This document shows, piece by piece, positions 9,247 to 18,955 of a DNA stretch of 64,000 bases. Below the pieces are notes generated by a model. The model searched no databases. It was not told the DNA's origin and was given only the letters and a program-made list of their open reading frames with translations. The position numbers and the translations under genes are program-made. The stretch spans positions 1,024,001 through 1,088,000 of the forward strand of contig OZ240248.1 of the NCBI GenBank assembly GCA_965198235.1, in the 5' to 3' direction. The first letter of the stretch is position 1; each line of letters starts with the position of its first letter. The stretch comes from Candidatus Poribacteria bacterium (GTDB lineage Bacteria > Poribacteria > WGA-4E > WGA-3G).

Positions 9247-11349
9247 TTGCAAGTTGTGCGAAAAATGAGGAACAAACTCTCCACTTTACGATTCCATGAT
9301 AAAATATTTATTGCTTACGGCTTCGTCTTCCTTGTCATGTTTGGTGTTGTCTTTGGGAGTACCAGTTTCCTGATTCGGCTCGCTTTTAAAAGGGACATTG
9401 ACAGGTACGTTGAGAAGATTCAAGCCCAGATTTCAAACAACTATCAGGCTTTTCTCAACAAGGTTCAAAAAGAAGTTCACGCTACAGCCACTGACGTAAG
9501 GTTGCACCGCGTCATAGAAAGGGAGTCGTCGTTCCCTGATCTACCAGCACCGGAGTTTGATCTCTTAGAGTATGGTACCCCGGATGGAAGACTGCTATAT
9601 CCCGACACAAGGGTAGGAAGAAGAAACCGAACATATAATCCGCTGGACAACCAGGAGGGGCATATACAACTCAGAAGTATTCCCCAACAGAGTGATCTGG
9701 GGTTACAATATGTGGTTCAGGTAACGGAAGCCAGCGAATGGGGATTTGTGACAGGAGGCTACCGGTTACAGACGTGGCTGGAGACGACCCAAACGAGCAT
9801 CCAATCAGATGAACATCCGATCTTCCTTGTAGGAAAGTCCCAACTGTCGGACACAGCATCCTTCGACACCGAATCGAAGATGACAGCGGCGGAGGACTGG
9901 CTGCCCTTAAATTATGCCTCTCAAACAGCGCAGGGGAGAGGATGGTTTAAATCACTTCCGAGTTGGCTTCCAGAGCGGAAAATCTTTTTACAGGGAACAG
10001 AAGGTACCGGGGGGCGCGCTTTTACCGCTTTTCGGATAACACCTTTCAACTCACCCTTCGCGACGACGCGCGAGACACCCGCTGTTGGCTTAATCGTTGC
10101 ATATTCGCATGAACGTCAGGTGAGATGGCAGCAGCAACTTACGATCACACTGCTTTTGAGTGGTATCGCTGGACTCGCGTTAGTTTATCTCATCAGTTAT
10201 ATCATTAGTCGGCGGATCACTCGTCCTATCGCGGTTCTACGCGAGGGGGTTAATCACATCGCGGCGGGTAATCTCGATCATCGCGTTAAAATCCAATCAC
10301 GTAACGAGGTGGGACAGCTTGCTGAGGGTTTCAATCAAATGGCGCAGGACCTGAAGCAGGGCTTGGAGGAACGTATGGCAGCAGAGCGTGCAGCGACTTG
10401 GAGAGATGCCGCACGGCAGGTGGCACATGAAATCAAAAACCCGCTCTTTCCGATTCGGCTCTCTGTTGAAAACCTGCAGCAGGCGAAATCTAACCCTGAA
10501 GTTTTTGAGCAAATATTCAGTGAATGTACGGACACAGTTATTGAAGAGGTGGATCGGATCGGTAAACTCATAGACGAGTTCCATCAATTCGCGCGAATGC
10601 CGAAGCCCCAGCGAAAATGGAACCAGTTGAATGACATCGTGAGATCTGTTCTGACACTGTACACCGGTAGACACATACCCGACCTTGAGCAGGAAAATGA
10701 AATTGCACCGATGAGTTCAGAGCAGGTAGACTCGGTACTACAAGATTCTACTGAGAAGTTTTGGCTTGAAAATATCTCCAAAATTAAAGTTAGGACTGAG
10801 TTAGCTCCGCTTCCTCGACTTTTAGTTGATCCGGAACAGATCGCACAAGCACTTGGCAACCTCCTGAAAAATGCAATTGAAGCTATGCCTGAAGGCGGAT
10901 TGCTTAAGGTTAAAACCTATTTCACGCCAGACACGCCGCAAATGAATACAAACGCGGCATCGGGAGAATCACACGACGAAAAACAGGGAACAAGGGACGA
11001 AAAAGATATGGACATCCATGGCACGGTTTCACTGGAAATCCAAGATACTGGTCACGGTATGTCCGAGGAGACTATGGCGAATCTCTTTGTGCCTTATTAC
11101 ACGACAAAGTCAGAGGCGAATGGTAGAGGACTCGGCGTGCCAATTGTGAGAAGGATTGTCACAGAGCACGGTGCTGAGATAGACTTTCAAAGCACCGAAG
11201 GCATAGGCACAACAGTCCGTATCCATTTTCCCTACAATCAAGGGACTCACTCCAAGGAATTTACATCGGCGGCTGAAGAATTAACACCACGCACGAGCTT
11301 GGTTACTGAACTGGAAACTGAAGATCAGGCGGTAGGCATTGAAGACTAA
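9247..11349 (+). CDS. HAMP-domain sensor histidine kinase (NtrY-like)
   Basis: Two TM segments, HAMP domain, ARQVAHEIKNPL H-box, NLLKNA, DTGHG and GRGLG boxes. Confidence 0.92.
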   Translation: MQVVRKMRNKLSTLRFHDKIFIAYGFVFLVMFGVVFGSTSFLIRLAFKRDIDRYVEKIQAQISNNYQAFLNKVQKEVHATATDVRLHRVIERESSFPDLPAPEFDLLEYGTPDGRLLYPDTRVGRRNRTYNPLDNQEGHIQLRSIPQQSDLGLQYVVQVTEASEWGFVTGGYRLQTWLETTQTSIQSDEHPIFLVGKSQLSDTASFDTESKMTAAEDWLPLNYASQTAQGRGWFKSLPSWLPERKIFLQGTEGTGGRAFTAFRITPFNSPFATTRETPAVGLIVAYSHERQVRWQQQLTITLLLSGIAGLALVYLISYIISRRITRPIAVLREGVNHIAAGNLDHRVKIQSRNEVGQLAEGFNQMAQDLKQGLEERMAAERAATWRDAARQVAHEIKNPLFPIRLSVENLQQAKSNPEVFEQIFSECTDTVIEEVDRIGKLIDEFHQFARMPKPQRKWNQLNDIVRSVLTLYTGRHIPDLEQENEIAPMSSEQVDSVLQDSTEKFWLENISKIKVRTELAPLPRLLVDPEQIAQALGNLLKNAIEAMPEGGLLKVKTYFTPDTPQMNTNAASGESHDEKQGTRDEKDMDIHGTVSLEIQDTGHGMSEETMANLFVPYYTTKSEANGRGLGVPIVRRIVTEHGAEIDFQSTEGIGTTVRIHFPYNQGTHSKEFTSAAEELTPRTSLVTELETEDQAVGIED

Positions 11350-11389
11350 ACCTATCCGTTCTTTAAATGCTCTGCATTAGGACAGAAAA

Positions 11390-12817
11390 ATGGAAACTAT
11401 TTTGATTGTAGATGACGAAAAAAATACGCTTAAGATGTTATCTCAGGGGCTCAAAATGCGCGGGTATCAAGCCCTAACAGCTGCAAGTGGTGAGGAAGCA
11501 TTGCAACAGTGCATCAAGTCCGATGTGGATCTTGTACTATTGGATATCCGCATGGAAAATGGGATGGATGGTGTTCGGACGCTTGTAAAACTTCGTGAAC
11601 GCTATCCCGAATTAAATGTGGTGATGATGTCTGCGCAACAAGATATCGAAATTGCTGTTACGACAATGGAACTCGGGGCAAAACGATATATCACAAAACC
11701 GATTAGTATTGATAAAATTCTCTCCAGTGTTCAGCCATTCTTAGATATATCGCGCTTATCGCAAGAAAATGAGATTCTGAAATCACAAATTACACCCACC
11801 GACGAAATGGTGGGTGAGAGTGCCGTTATTTCGCATCTCCGCTCGCAGATTGAGCGAGTCGCGGGAAGCAAACTCGGTGTCCTAATCTCTGGCGAAAATG
11901 GCACGGGTAAGCAGCTTGTTGCTAATGCGATCCATCGACAGAGCAGGCGTGCCGCGAAAACCTTTATTCCCCTCAACTGCGCCGCTTTGCCCGATGAACT
12001 TATTGAGAGTGAACTCTTTGGACATGAACGAGGCGCGTTCACTGGCGCAGATTCACGAAGACAGGGACGCTTTGAACTCGCTCACGGTGGAACTATCTTT
12101 CTTGATGAAATTGGCGATATGAGTTTAAAGGCGCAAGCAAAGGTCCTTCGCGTTATTGAAACAGGCGAAGTCGAACGTCTCGGGGGAAATCAGATTCGGA
12201 CGGTAGATGTCCGAATTATCGCTGCAACTAACAAACACCTCCCCGAGGAAATTGAAAAGGGGCGATTTCGACGCGATCTCTTCTATCGACTCAATGTCGT
12301 GCCTATTACCGTCCTACCCCTTCGAGAGCGAATAGAGGATATTCCGCTGTTAGTAAAATACTTTGCTGAGCGTTTGCAACTCAACATGGCATCTCCTCCA
12401 AAAGTCATTGACCCAGGGGCTTATGCTGTGTTTCAAAGTTACAATTGGCCCGGGAACATCCGGGAGTTAAAAAACATCGTTGAACGTCTCCTTATTATGG
12501 TAAATCGAGATGTTGTGATGGCACCCGATGTCGCCGAGGCTTTGTCATTGATTCCTCAATCCACTTCGTTATATCCACCGCCAAGCGCGACGCTGAATCA
12601 AGGTGTCTTACAGTCTTCTCTGGGGATACCGCTCTACAAACCTGGAACGGCTCTGAGTAAGATGATGGATACTGCCGAGGCGCAATGTATTCTTACGGCT
12701 TTGGAAGAAAATAAGTGGAACATCCGACGTACCGCAGAAGCATTAGAGGTGGAGCGGAGCAACTTGTACAAGAAAATGAACCGGTATGGTATTTCTCGGC
12801 CAAGTTCTGCAGCTTAA
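11390..12817 (+). CDS. Sigma54-dependent response regulator (NtrX/NtrC-like)
   Basis: Receiver domain (VDDE, LLD), GENGTGK, ESELFGHERGAFTGA, WPGNIREL, C-terminal Fis-type HTH. Confidence 0.95.
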   Translation: METILIVDDEKNTLKMLSQGLKMRGYQALTAASGEEALQQCIKSDVDLVLLDIRMENGMDGVRTLVKLRERYPELNVVMMSAQQDIEIAVTTMELGAKRYITKPISIDKILSSVQPFLDISRLSQENEILKSQITPTDEMVGESAVISHLRSQIERVAGSKLGVLISGENGTGKQLVANAIHRQSRRAAKTFIPLNCAALPDELIESELFGHERGAFTGADSRRQGRFELAHGGTIFLDEIGDMSLKAQAKVLRVIETGEVERLGGNQIRTVDVRIIAATNKHLPEEIEKGRFRRDLFYRLNVVPITVLPLRERIEDIPLLVKYFAERLQLNMASPPKVIDPGAYAVFQSYNWPGNIRELKNIVERLLIMVNRDVVMAPDVAEALSLIPQSTSLYPPPSATLNQGVLQSSLGIPLYKPGTALSKMMDTAEAQCILTALEENKWNIRRTAEALEVERSNLYKKMNRYGISRPSSAA

Positions 12818-12841
12818 ACTGATGGAAGGTTTATCCTAATA

Positions 12842-13276
12842 ATGCTACAAAAAAACATCAACGAAAACGGCGGGATGACTCGACTTCAGTTGCTCATCCT
12901 TATTATTATAGCCGTTATTATTGTGGCACTTTCTTTTCCACCATGGCAGGAATATCGAAAAATGGGCGCGGCGGATATAGATGTCGAAACCATTGCCGTT
13001 GCTATCAAGAAGTACTTCAAGCACACCGGTGGGTATCCAATAAATTTAGATGCTTTGGTGACGGATCCTGGCGTTGAGGGATGGCGTGGGAACTATCTGG
13101 AATCTATTCCTAAGACACCTTGGGGTGGGCACTATGTCCTCCTTCAAGACACCTATAAGGTAGGGATTGCAAAAAATCACCCGCGCGTTCCCGAAAAATA
13201 TAAATTCGGTGGTGTCGCGGAGATCAGCAGAGTCTATCATGCGGATGCGCGCCTCGGTGAAAAGTATTGGTGGTAA
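12842..13276 (+). CDS. Type II secretion GspG-like pseudopilin
   Basis: G-MTRLQ followed by a hydrophobic helix; G.YP..L..LV..P...GW.G.YL...P..PWG..Y pattern. Confidence 0.75.
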   Translation: MLQKNINENGGMTRLQLLILIIIAVIIVALSFPPWQEYRKMGAADIDVETIAVAIKKYFKHTGGYPINLDALVTDPGVEGWRGNYLESIPKTPWGGHYVLLQDTYKVGIAKNHPRVPEKYKFGGVAEISRVYHADARLGEKYWW

Positions 13277-13279
13277 CCC

Positions 13280-14083
13280 GTGCTTGAAATCTGGATACCG
13301 TTACTCATCCTTCTTTTCGGTTTGGCAGTCGGTAGTTTTCTCAATGTATGTATCTATCGCATTCCGCTCCCAGACGTGTCGATTCATTCGCCACGTCGCT
13401 CTTTTTGCCCTGAGTGTAATGAGCCGATAAACATTCACGACAACATTCCCGTTTTAAGTTATCTGCTTTTGCGGGGAAGGTGTCGGTCTTGTAAGGCAAA
13501 AATTTCCGTTATATACCCATTGATTGAGCTGGCGACAGGGGTGCTGTTTCTGCTCATGTTCTATCACTTCGGGTTAACCCTCGAATTTCTACTCGCACTC
13601 GTTTTCATTGCTGTGTTGTTGCCGATCTCTGTAATTGATGTGAGGCACTATATTATTCCAAATGTTCTCATCGTTACAGGGTTGATTCTCGGATGCGTTA
13701 TCGTCTGCGCGATCGCGTATCAACGTACCGATGTTTGGTATCTGCTCGTCCGCCTCATCGGTGCCGTTACTGGGGGGATGGCGTTATGGTTAATTGCCAT
13801 GATTGGAAGCGCGATCTTACGCAAAAAAGCGATGGGGGGTGGGGACATCAAGCTAATGGCACTCAACGGATTGTTCCTCGGTGCGTGGCCCCAACTTGTG
13901 ATGGTAATAGCCTTCTCTGCCCTGAGTGGTGCGGTTGTCGGAAGTGCCTTGATTATCTCTGGACGGAAAAGCCGGCAGAGTCCTATCCCATACGGTCCTT
14001 TCCTTGCAGGTGCCGCTGTGCTTGTGCTTTTATGGGGAGATAGGCTATGGGATATATACTTGCGGTTCGTCGGCTGGAATTAA
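13280..14083 (+). CDS. pilD: Prepilin peptidase
   Basis: GSFLNVCIYRIP, two CxxC pairs, MGGGDIKL, IPYGPFL. Confidence 0.95.
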   Translation: MLEIWIPLLILLFGLAVGSFLNVCIYRIPLPDVSIHSPRRSFCPECNEPINIHDNIPVLSYLLLRGRCRSCKAKISVIYPLIELATGVLFLLMFYHFGLTLEFLLALVFIAVLLPISVIDVRHYIIPNVLIVTGLILGCVIVCAIAYQRTDVWYLLVRLIGAVTGGMALWLIAMIGSAILRKKAMGGGDIKLMALNGLFLGAWPQLVMVIAFSALSGAVVGSALIISGRKSRQSPIPYGPFLAGAAVLVLLWGDRLWDIYLRFVGWN

Positions 14084-14084
14084 A

Positions 14085-14625
14085 CAGTTTTCAGTAGTCA
14101 GTTTTCAGTTAAAGAAGATTTTGGATTCACCAACGTTTTTCGGAAAACCCAAAGTCTCTTTAACTACGTCGGTTTGATATAAAGCGGTTCCTGGATGCCA
14201 TAATGTAGGTGTTTTTGCTTGGGGTGTTTTTGCTTGGGTGTTTCTGCGTATTGATAAGGGTTTTTGCTTGGGGTTTTTAATAGGGGTCTTTGATAGGGTG
14301 TTTCTGCGGATTTCCCTGCGGATTTCCTCCAGGTTGAGCACTACATTAGATTCTGAAGATGTAGATGGGCTCGAGGTCCTGTTTCGTTTGGAATCTCAAT
14401 GTTGGTAATGAAACCCAACACGTTTCTTTCTTAAATTGACGCATATAGGGATAGTTGCTTCAGCCCCAGCGGGGGTTTTTGCTTGGGTGTTTCTTCAACA
14501 TGTGTGTAGAAATAGGAGTAAACATAACAGTCAAGCCCCAGCGGGGCGACATGTGTATAAGTGCCTGTAGATTTTTCTAAAAACTAAATGACCCTACGGA
14601 AACCCTAAAGGTTCCTTGACTGATA
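14085..14625. repeat. Cluster of nested REP-like repeats
   Basis: Repeated GTTTTTGCTTGGG(G)TGTTT fragments, two AGCCCCAGCGGGG copies, GTAGGT...GGTTGAGC...GAAACCCAAC, heptamer flanks. Confidence 0.7.
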
Positions 14626-14662
14626 ATTGAATAACTGTGTCTGTTTTAGGAAAGGCATCCTT

Positions 14663-15596
14663 TATGAAAAATCGGAGAACCATTATATTTCTACTCGTGT
14701 TAGTTATTATATGGGACAGTCCTAAAATTGTTTCTGAAATTGAATCTCAACCTGCCATTTATTGGACAAGTTTCCGCAAGATAATGAAGATCCAACTTAC
14801 CAATGTGGGCAGCTCAAATAGCCAGTCTATCCTCACTACTGGATTGGAAGGTCCCTATGATATTGCGTTAGATATGCAACGAGATAAAATGTACTGGACA
14901 GTAGCCGGTAAAATTCAGTCTGCTGACTTGGATGGTTCAAACGCCAAGGATGTTATAACTGGATTAGATCACCCTCGCGATATTGCCTTGGATATGAAAG
15001 GGGGCAAAATATATTGGACGCAAGGATTTTTAATACATAAAATCTGTTGTGCCGATTTAGATGGCACAAACGTCCAAAACCTCGTCGGTGGATTAAACCA
15101 TCCAAGGGGTATTGCTTTGAACGTGCAAGAGGGAAAAATATACTGGACAGAAGGATCCCCGGAAACGCGTAAAACCCACTTCACCCTTCTGGACAGCAAA
15201 AAGTATTCGATAGAAGGCTCTCCTGATACGGCTAAAATCCGTTGTGCCGACTTGGATGGCACAAACATCCAAAGCCTTGTCACCACTGGATTAGACTATC
15301 CTGATGGGATCGCGTTAGACGTGGCAGGCGGCAGAATATATTGGACCCAATATCGGGCGGGCTCGAGGATGGGTAAAATCCGTTGTGCCGACTTGGATGG
15401 CACAAACGTCCAAGATCTCGTTACTGGATTAGGAAATCCAGAAGATATAGCCTTGGATGTTGCAGGCGGCAAAATGTACTGGATAGATTCTGGAACAAAT
15501 AAAATTCAGCACTCTAATCTGTACGGTATAGGTGTTCAAGACATTACCACTAAAGTAACCTGGTTAAAGAGTATCGCTGTAGTCCGCCCAAAATAG
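14663..15596 (+). CDS. Secreted YWTD (LDL-receptor class B) beta-propeller protein; ORF track starts at 14637, ATG near 14663 more likely
   Basis: Repeats of IALD...GKIYWT...KIRCADLDGTN.Q.L; hydrophobic N-terminus. Confidence 0.88.
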
Positions 15597-15875
15597 TACA
15601 GAAACTATAGTTTTCTGATGCCAGGGTCTTTGAAGCACTCCAAGAACACTTTCACGGCGATGTTGAAATATCCACTGTCCTGACTGATAGCGCGATTGTT
15701 CGGGCACATGCTTGTGCTGCAGTGTGCCATAAAAAAAGCAGACGAGAGGCATAGGACTCGGAAACAGTCAGGATAGGTTTTCAACGAGGCTCAATCTATC
15801 ACGGCGTAAGTTCTGTATAAAGAAACAATACTTTGGGCATGATGCTGTCATCCTATAAACATTGGAGGAATCATA

Positions 15876-18800
15876 ATGATAAAAGGCAAGTGCATTTACT
15901 GCAAGAAGGAAAAGGATTTAAATAGAGAACACGCTTTTCCTAAGTCTCTGCTCCAGAAAGGTACTCCAGAGTGGATAATCGACAAGCACTTATGCGAAGT
16001 TTGTAATAGCAACTTAGGGAAACTTGACGTGGTTTTGTCAAAGAGATCTCCGTTAGCGTATATATCGGAACGGCTTCAGGATGGACTGGAACCCAAAGAT
16101 AAAACGCTACATTCGTCTATCTACAATAAAAGAGCAGCTGGTGTTAATCCGGTGAGGCTATTTTTGCCGAATCCTGTCTACGATGATCATATAATTCTGC
16201 ATGAATTTAAAGTGGAGAGTGATAGTACAGGTCCCTCTGTTTATCCGATAAAGGCTCTACAGCCTCAGATAATCTTAACTCTCTATCCTAATGGACAGAC
16301 TAGCAGCAGAATCACTGCAGAAAATCTTGAGAAATTTAGCACTATTAGTTCAGATGAGGACTTCATTACAGACTATGACGAACATAAAGATATATATTGC
16401 ATTTTTGGAAATACCTACATTTTTCCACCAAAGGCTTCTGAGCGTTTCTTTGGTAGAGTGGCGGATTTTAAATCCATGTTCATGAAAGATTCTTCTAACA
16501 CTCGGTATGACTTATATGTTGTATTTCCTAAAGAAGGGACATATCAAGGGGCAGCAAATGTTTTTTACAACTCTTTTAAGGGCGATACAAAAGAGATTAT
16601 AGAAGCAAAGCAATTTCAAAATCCGGAGGTATTTACGCAGTTAATTCAAGCGGTATCTGATCCAAAATCTGTTCCAGAGTTTCTAAGGGCAATCGCAAAA
16701 ACAGCGTTTCATTGCTTTTTGTTCCATCATCCTGAATTTAGTGGACATGAACCTATATTTGCTGAAATCAGAGATTTTATCTATACCGGGACTTCCAATA
16801 AATTTGTCGCTCAATGTGGAAATCCTGAAACTGCAGATTTTGTTTATGATTCTACGGAGCATCTGCACGTTTTTTATTTTTTTATCCAAGGCAATGATAT
16901 TGGTTGCCAAATAGATTTTTTTACAGGACTGTTGCCTAATCAATTTTCTTATGAGGTAACCTTAGCAGGAAATCCCGAAAATTCACATCCAAGCTGCAGT
17001 CGTGTAGCATATATTCCGTTTTCTGTACATCCGAAAAGTCAGATAAAGAAAAGAATACATCAGGTAACCGAGCTTGGAATAGTACGGAAACCACGATGGG
17101 GCGAAGGGATGCTGTTGTTGCCTAGATCCACGCGAAAGAATGATGCTGTCTTCTATAATAATCGCGGCGAAGTTTACTTACGCGAAGGCAAGGTTGACGA
17201 AGCTATTGATGACTTTAACACCGCGGTAAAGTTACAACCTGAACTTGCAGCGGCTTATAACAATCGTGGGGTTGCTCACAGCAAAAAGGGTGAAATTGAC
17301 AAGGCCCTCAATAACTATAATGCAGCGGTACGACTCAACCCCGAGTTTGCTGAAGTCTATAACAATCTTGGCAATGTTTATGACGACAAAGACGATTTTG
17401 ACAAGGCTATTGTTAACTTTAACACGGCGATAAAATTCAAATCAGATTTCGTTGATGCCTATGTCAATCGCGGAGTTGCTTATGGCAAAAGGGACGAGTT
17501 TAACAAGGCGGTTAATGACTTCACCACGGCAATAAATCTGGATCCATATCATGCGGGGGCCTATTTCAACCGCGGCAATACTTACCTCCTCAAAGGTGAT
17601 TTTGAGACAGCTATTGAAAACTATAACACGTCAATAAAACTAAGTCCTGACGATGCTCAGTCCTACTGCCATCGCGGTCTTGCTTGGTTACACCTGAAAG
17701 AATGGGATAAAGCCAAGGTTGACCTGACCGCTGCGAAAGATAAAGGGGTTGATGTCATCGCTGTGTTTCATAACGGCTACAGAAACGTTGCAATGTTTGA
17801 GCGGAGAAACGGTTTTAAATTGCCGAAAGACATCGTCGAAATGTTGACGCAATATCCAGTCAACAGTTTCACCACGACGCAAAAAATTTTAACTTCCGAG
17901 GGTAAGTATCAAGAATCCTTTGCGGTGTTGGAACTACTGGAGAAATTTCGCAACGCTGGCAAACCGCTGAGCGAATATCTTCAGGAGCACCCTTCTCGTG
18001 GGATAACAACAGGGTGCAACGAGGTATTTATCGTAGAACGTGTCACGCGGGATGCACTCATTGCGGAACATCCATCGTCTGCTGATGTTTTAAAACCGTT
18101 TCTGATGGTGCGCGACATTAAACGTTGGCAGGTAAAACCACAGGACAAGTGGTTGATTTTTGCTCACCGAGGAATAGAGATTGACGCGTATCCTGCAATC
18201 AAGAAGCACTTAAAAAAATACAGTGATGCTCTGAAAAAAAGATCGGGTAAACAGGAATGGTATGAACTTTCAGTTGCCCCTGCAGATACCGATCGATTTG
18301 CGCAGCCGAAATGTCTCTATCCAGACATGGCGAGCGAAACTGCGTTTGCGTTTGACGATGAAGGCTACTATGTGGGAAGTCCTGCCTATTTATTATCAAC
18401 ACCGGAACTGTGGCTTCTCGGTGTGTTGAACACCAAAGCGGTTTCATGGTTCTACGCGCGGACGGCTCCACAGATTCGAGGCCCGTTTTTAAAATTCGTA
18501 CCTCGGTATGTCTCTCAAATTCCGATCCCTGATATGGAATCGGAGCAGCGGACGCTCATTCACAAATTCGTTGAATATATCCTTTATCTCAAGAAGCAGC
18601 CTACGGTAAACAGTAAGGATTTAAAATACGCCCACGACCGTGTGATGCTCGGATATTTTGAGCGGATAATTGATGGCATGGTTTATGAGTCGTATCTGCC
18701 AGACGAGCTTCATAAAGGCCGCAAACACTTTTTCCAACCGCTACTTGATGAGGAATTGCCGCGACTGGAAGAGATTGAAGAGCAGAATAGTGACAAAATG

Positions 18801-18914
18801 CCTGCTTTTCGGGAGATCTTTGAGCGATTATACGATAAGCATCATCCGGTTGCGAAAAATCTTTTCTTTTTGGATAGTGTCAAACCTATCCGCATCATTG
18901 AGAGTAAGGTATGA
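15876..18914 (+). CDS. Fusion protein: HNH endonuclease, about 6 TPR repeats, TaqI-like C-terminal specificity (TRD) domain
   Basis: N-terminal CIYC...EHAFPKSL...CEVCNSNLG; YNNRG/YFNRG TPRs; GITTG.NEVF...LKPFL..RDIKRW...WYEL...LLGVLN...IPIP typical of type IIG R-M C-termini. Confidence 0.85.
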   Translation: MIKGKCIYCKKEKDLNREHAFPKSLLQKGTPEWIIDKHLCEVCNSNLGKLDVVLSKRSPLAYISERLQDGLEPKDKTLHSSIYNKRAAGVNPVRLFLPNPVYDDHIILHEFKVESDSTGPSVYPIKALQPQIILTLYPNGQTSSRITAENLEKFSTISSDEDFITDYDEHKDIYCIFGNTYIFPPKASERFFGRVADFKSMFMKDSSNTRYDLYVVFPKEGTYQGAANVFYNSFKGDTKEIIEAKQFQNPEVFTQLIQAVSDPKSVPEFLRAIAKTAFHCFLFHHPEFSGHEPIFAEIRDFIYTGTSNKFVAQCGNPETADFVYDSTEHLHVFYFFIQGNDIGCQIDFFTGLLPNQFSYEVTLAGNPENSHPSCSRVAYIPFSVHPKSQIKKRIHQVTELGIVRKPRWGEGMLLLPRSTRKNDAVFYNNRGEVYLREGKVDEAIDDFNTAVKLQPELAAAYNNRGVAHSKKGEIDKALNNYNAAVRLNPEFAEVYNNLGNVYDDKDDFDKAIVNFNTAIKFKSDFVDAYVNRGVAYGKRDEFNKAVNDFTTAINLDPYHAGAYFNRGNTYLLKGDFETAIENYNTSIKLSPDDAQSYCHRGLAWLHLKEWDKAKVDLTAAKDKGVDVIAVFHNGYRNVAMFERRNGFKLPKDIVEMLTQYPVNSFTTTQKILTSEGKYQESFAVLELLEKFRNAGKPLSEYLQEHPSRGITTGCNEVFIVERVTRDALIAEHPSSADVLKPFLMVRDIKRWQVKPQDKWLIFAHRGIEIDAYPAIKKHLKKYSDALKKRSGKQEWYELSVAPADTDRFAQPKCLYPDMASETAFAFDDEGYYVGSPAYLLSTPELWLLGVLNTKAVSWFYARTAPQIRGPFLKFVPRYVSQIPIPDMESEQRTLIHKFVEYILYLKKQPTVNSKDLKYAHDRVMLGYFERIIDGMVYESYLPDELHKGRKHFFQPLLDEELPRLEEIEEQNSDKMPAFREIFERLYDKHHPVAKNLFFLDSVKPIRIIESKV

Positions 18915-18955
18915 GAATTACCAAATCATTGAGAGTAAGGTATGAGAATTACCAA
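18894..18955 (+). repeat. Perfect 31-bp tandem duplication over the stop/start overlap
   Basis: ATCATTGAGAGTAAGGTATGAGAATTACCAA twice (18894-18924 and 18925-18955). Confidence 0.95.

Noticed and set aside
14205-14340. Possible CRISPR array or the 78-aa ORF 14105-14341
   Set aside because: Repeats are irregular in length and spacing; the ORF is just translated repeat sequence.
15597-15760. Short minus-strand Cys-containing ORF (MAHCSTSMCPNNRAI...) as a ferredoxin fragment
   Set aside because: Too short and lacks a full Cys motif.
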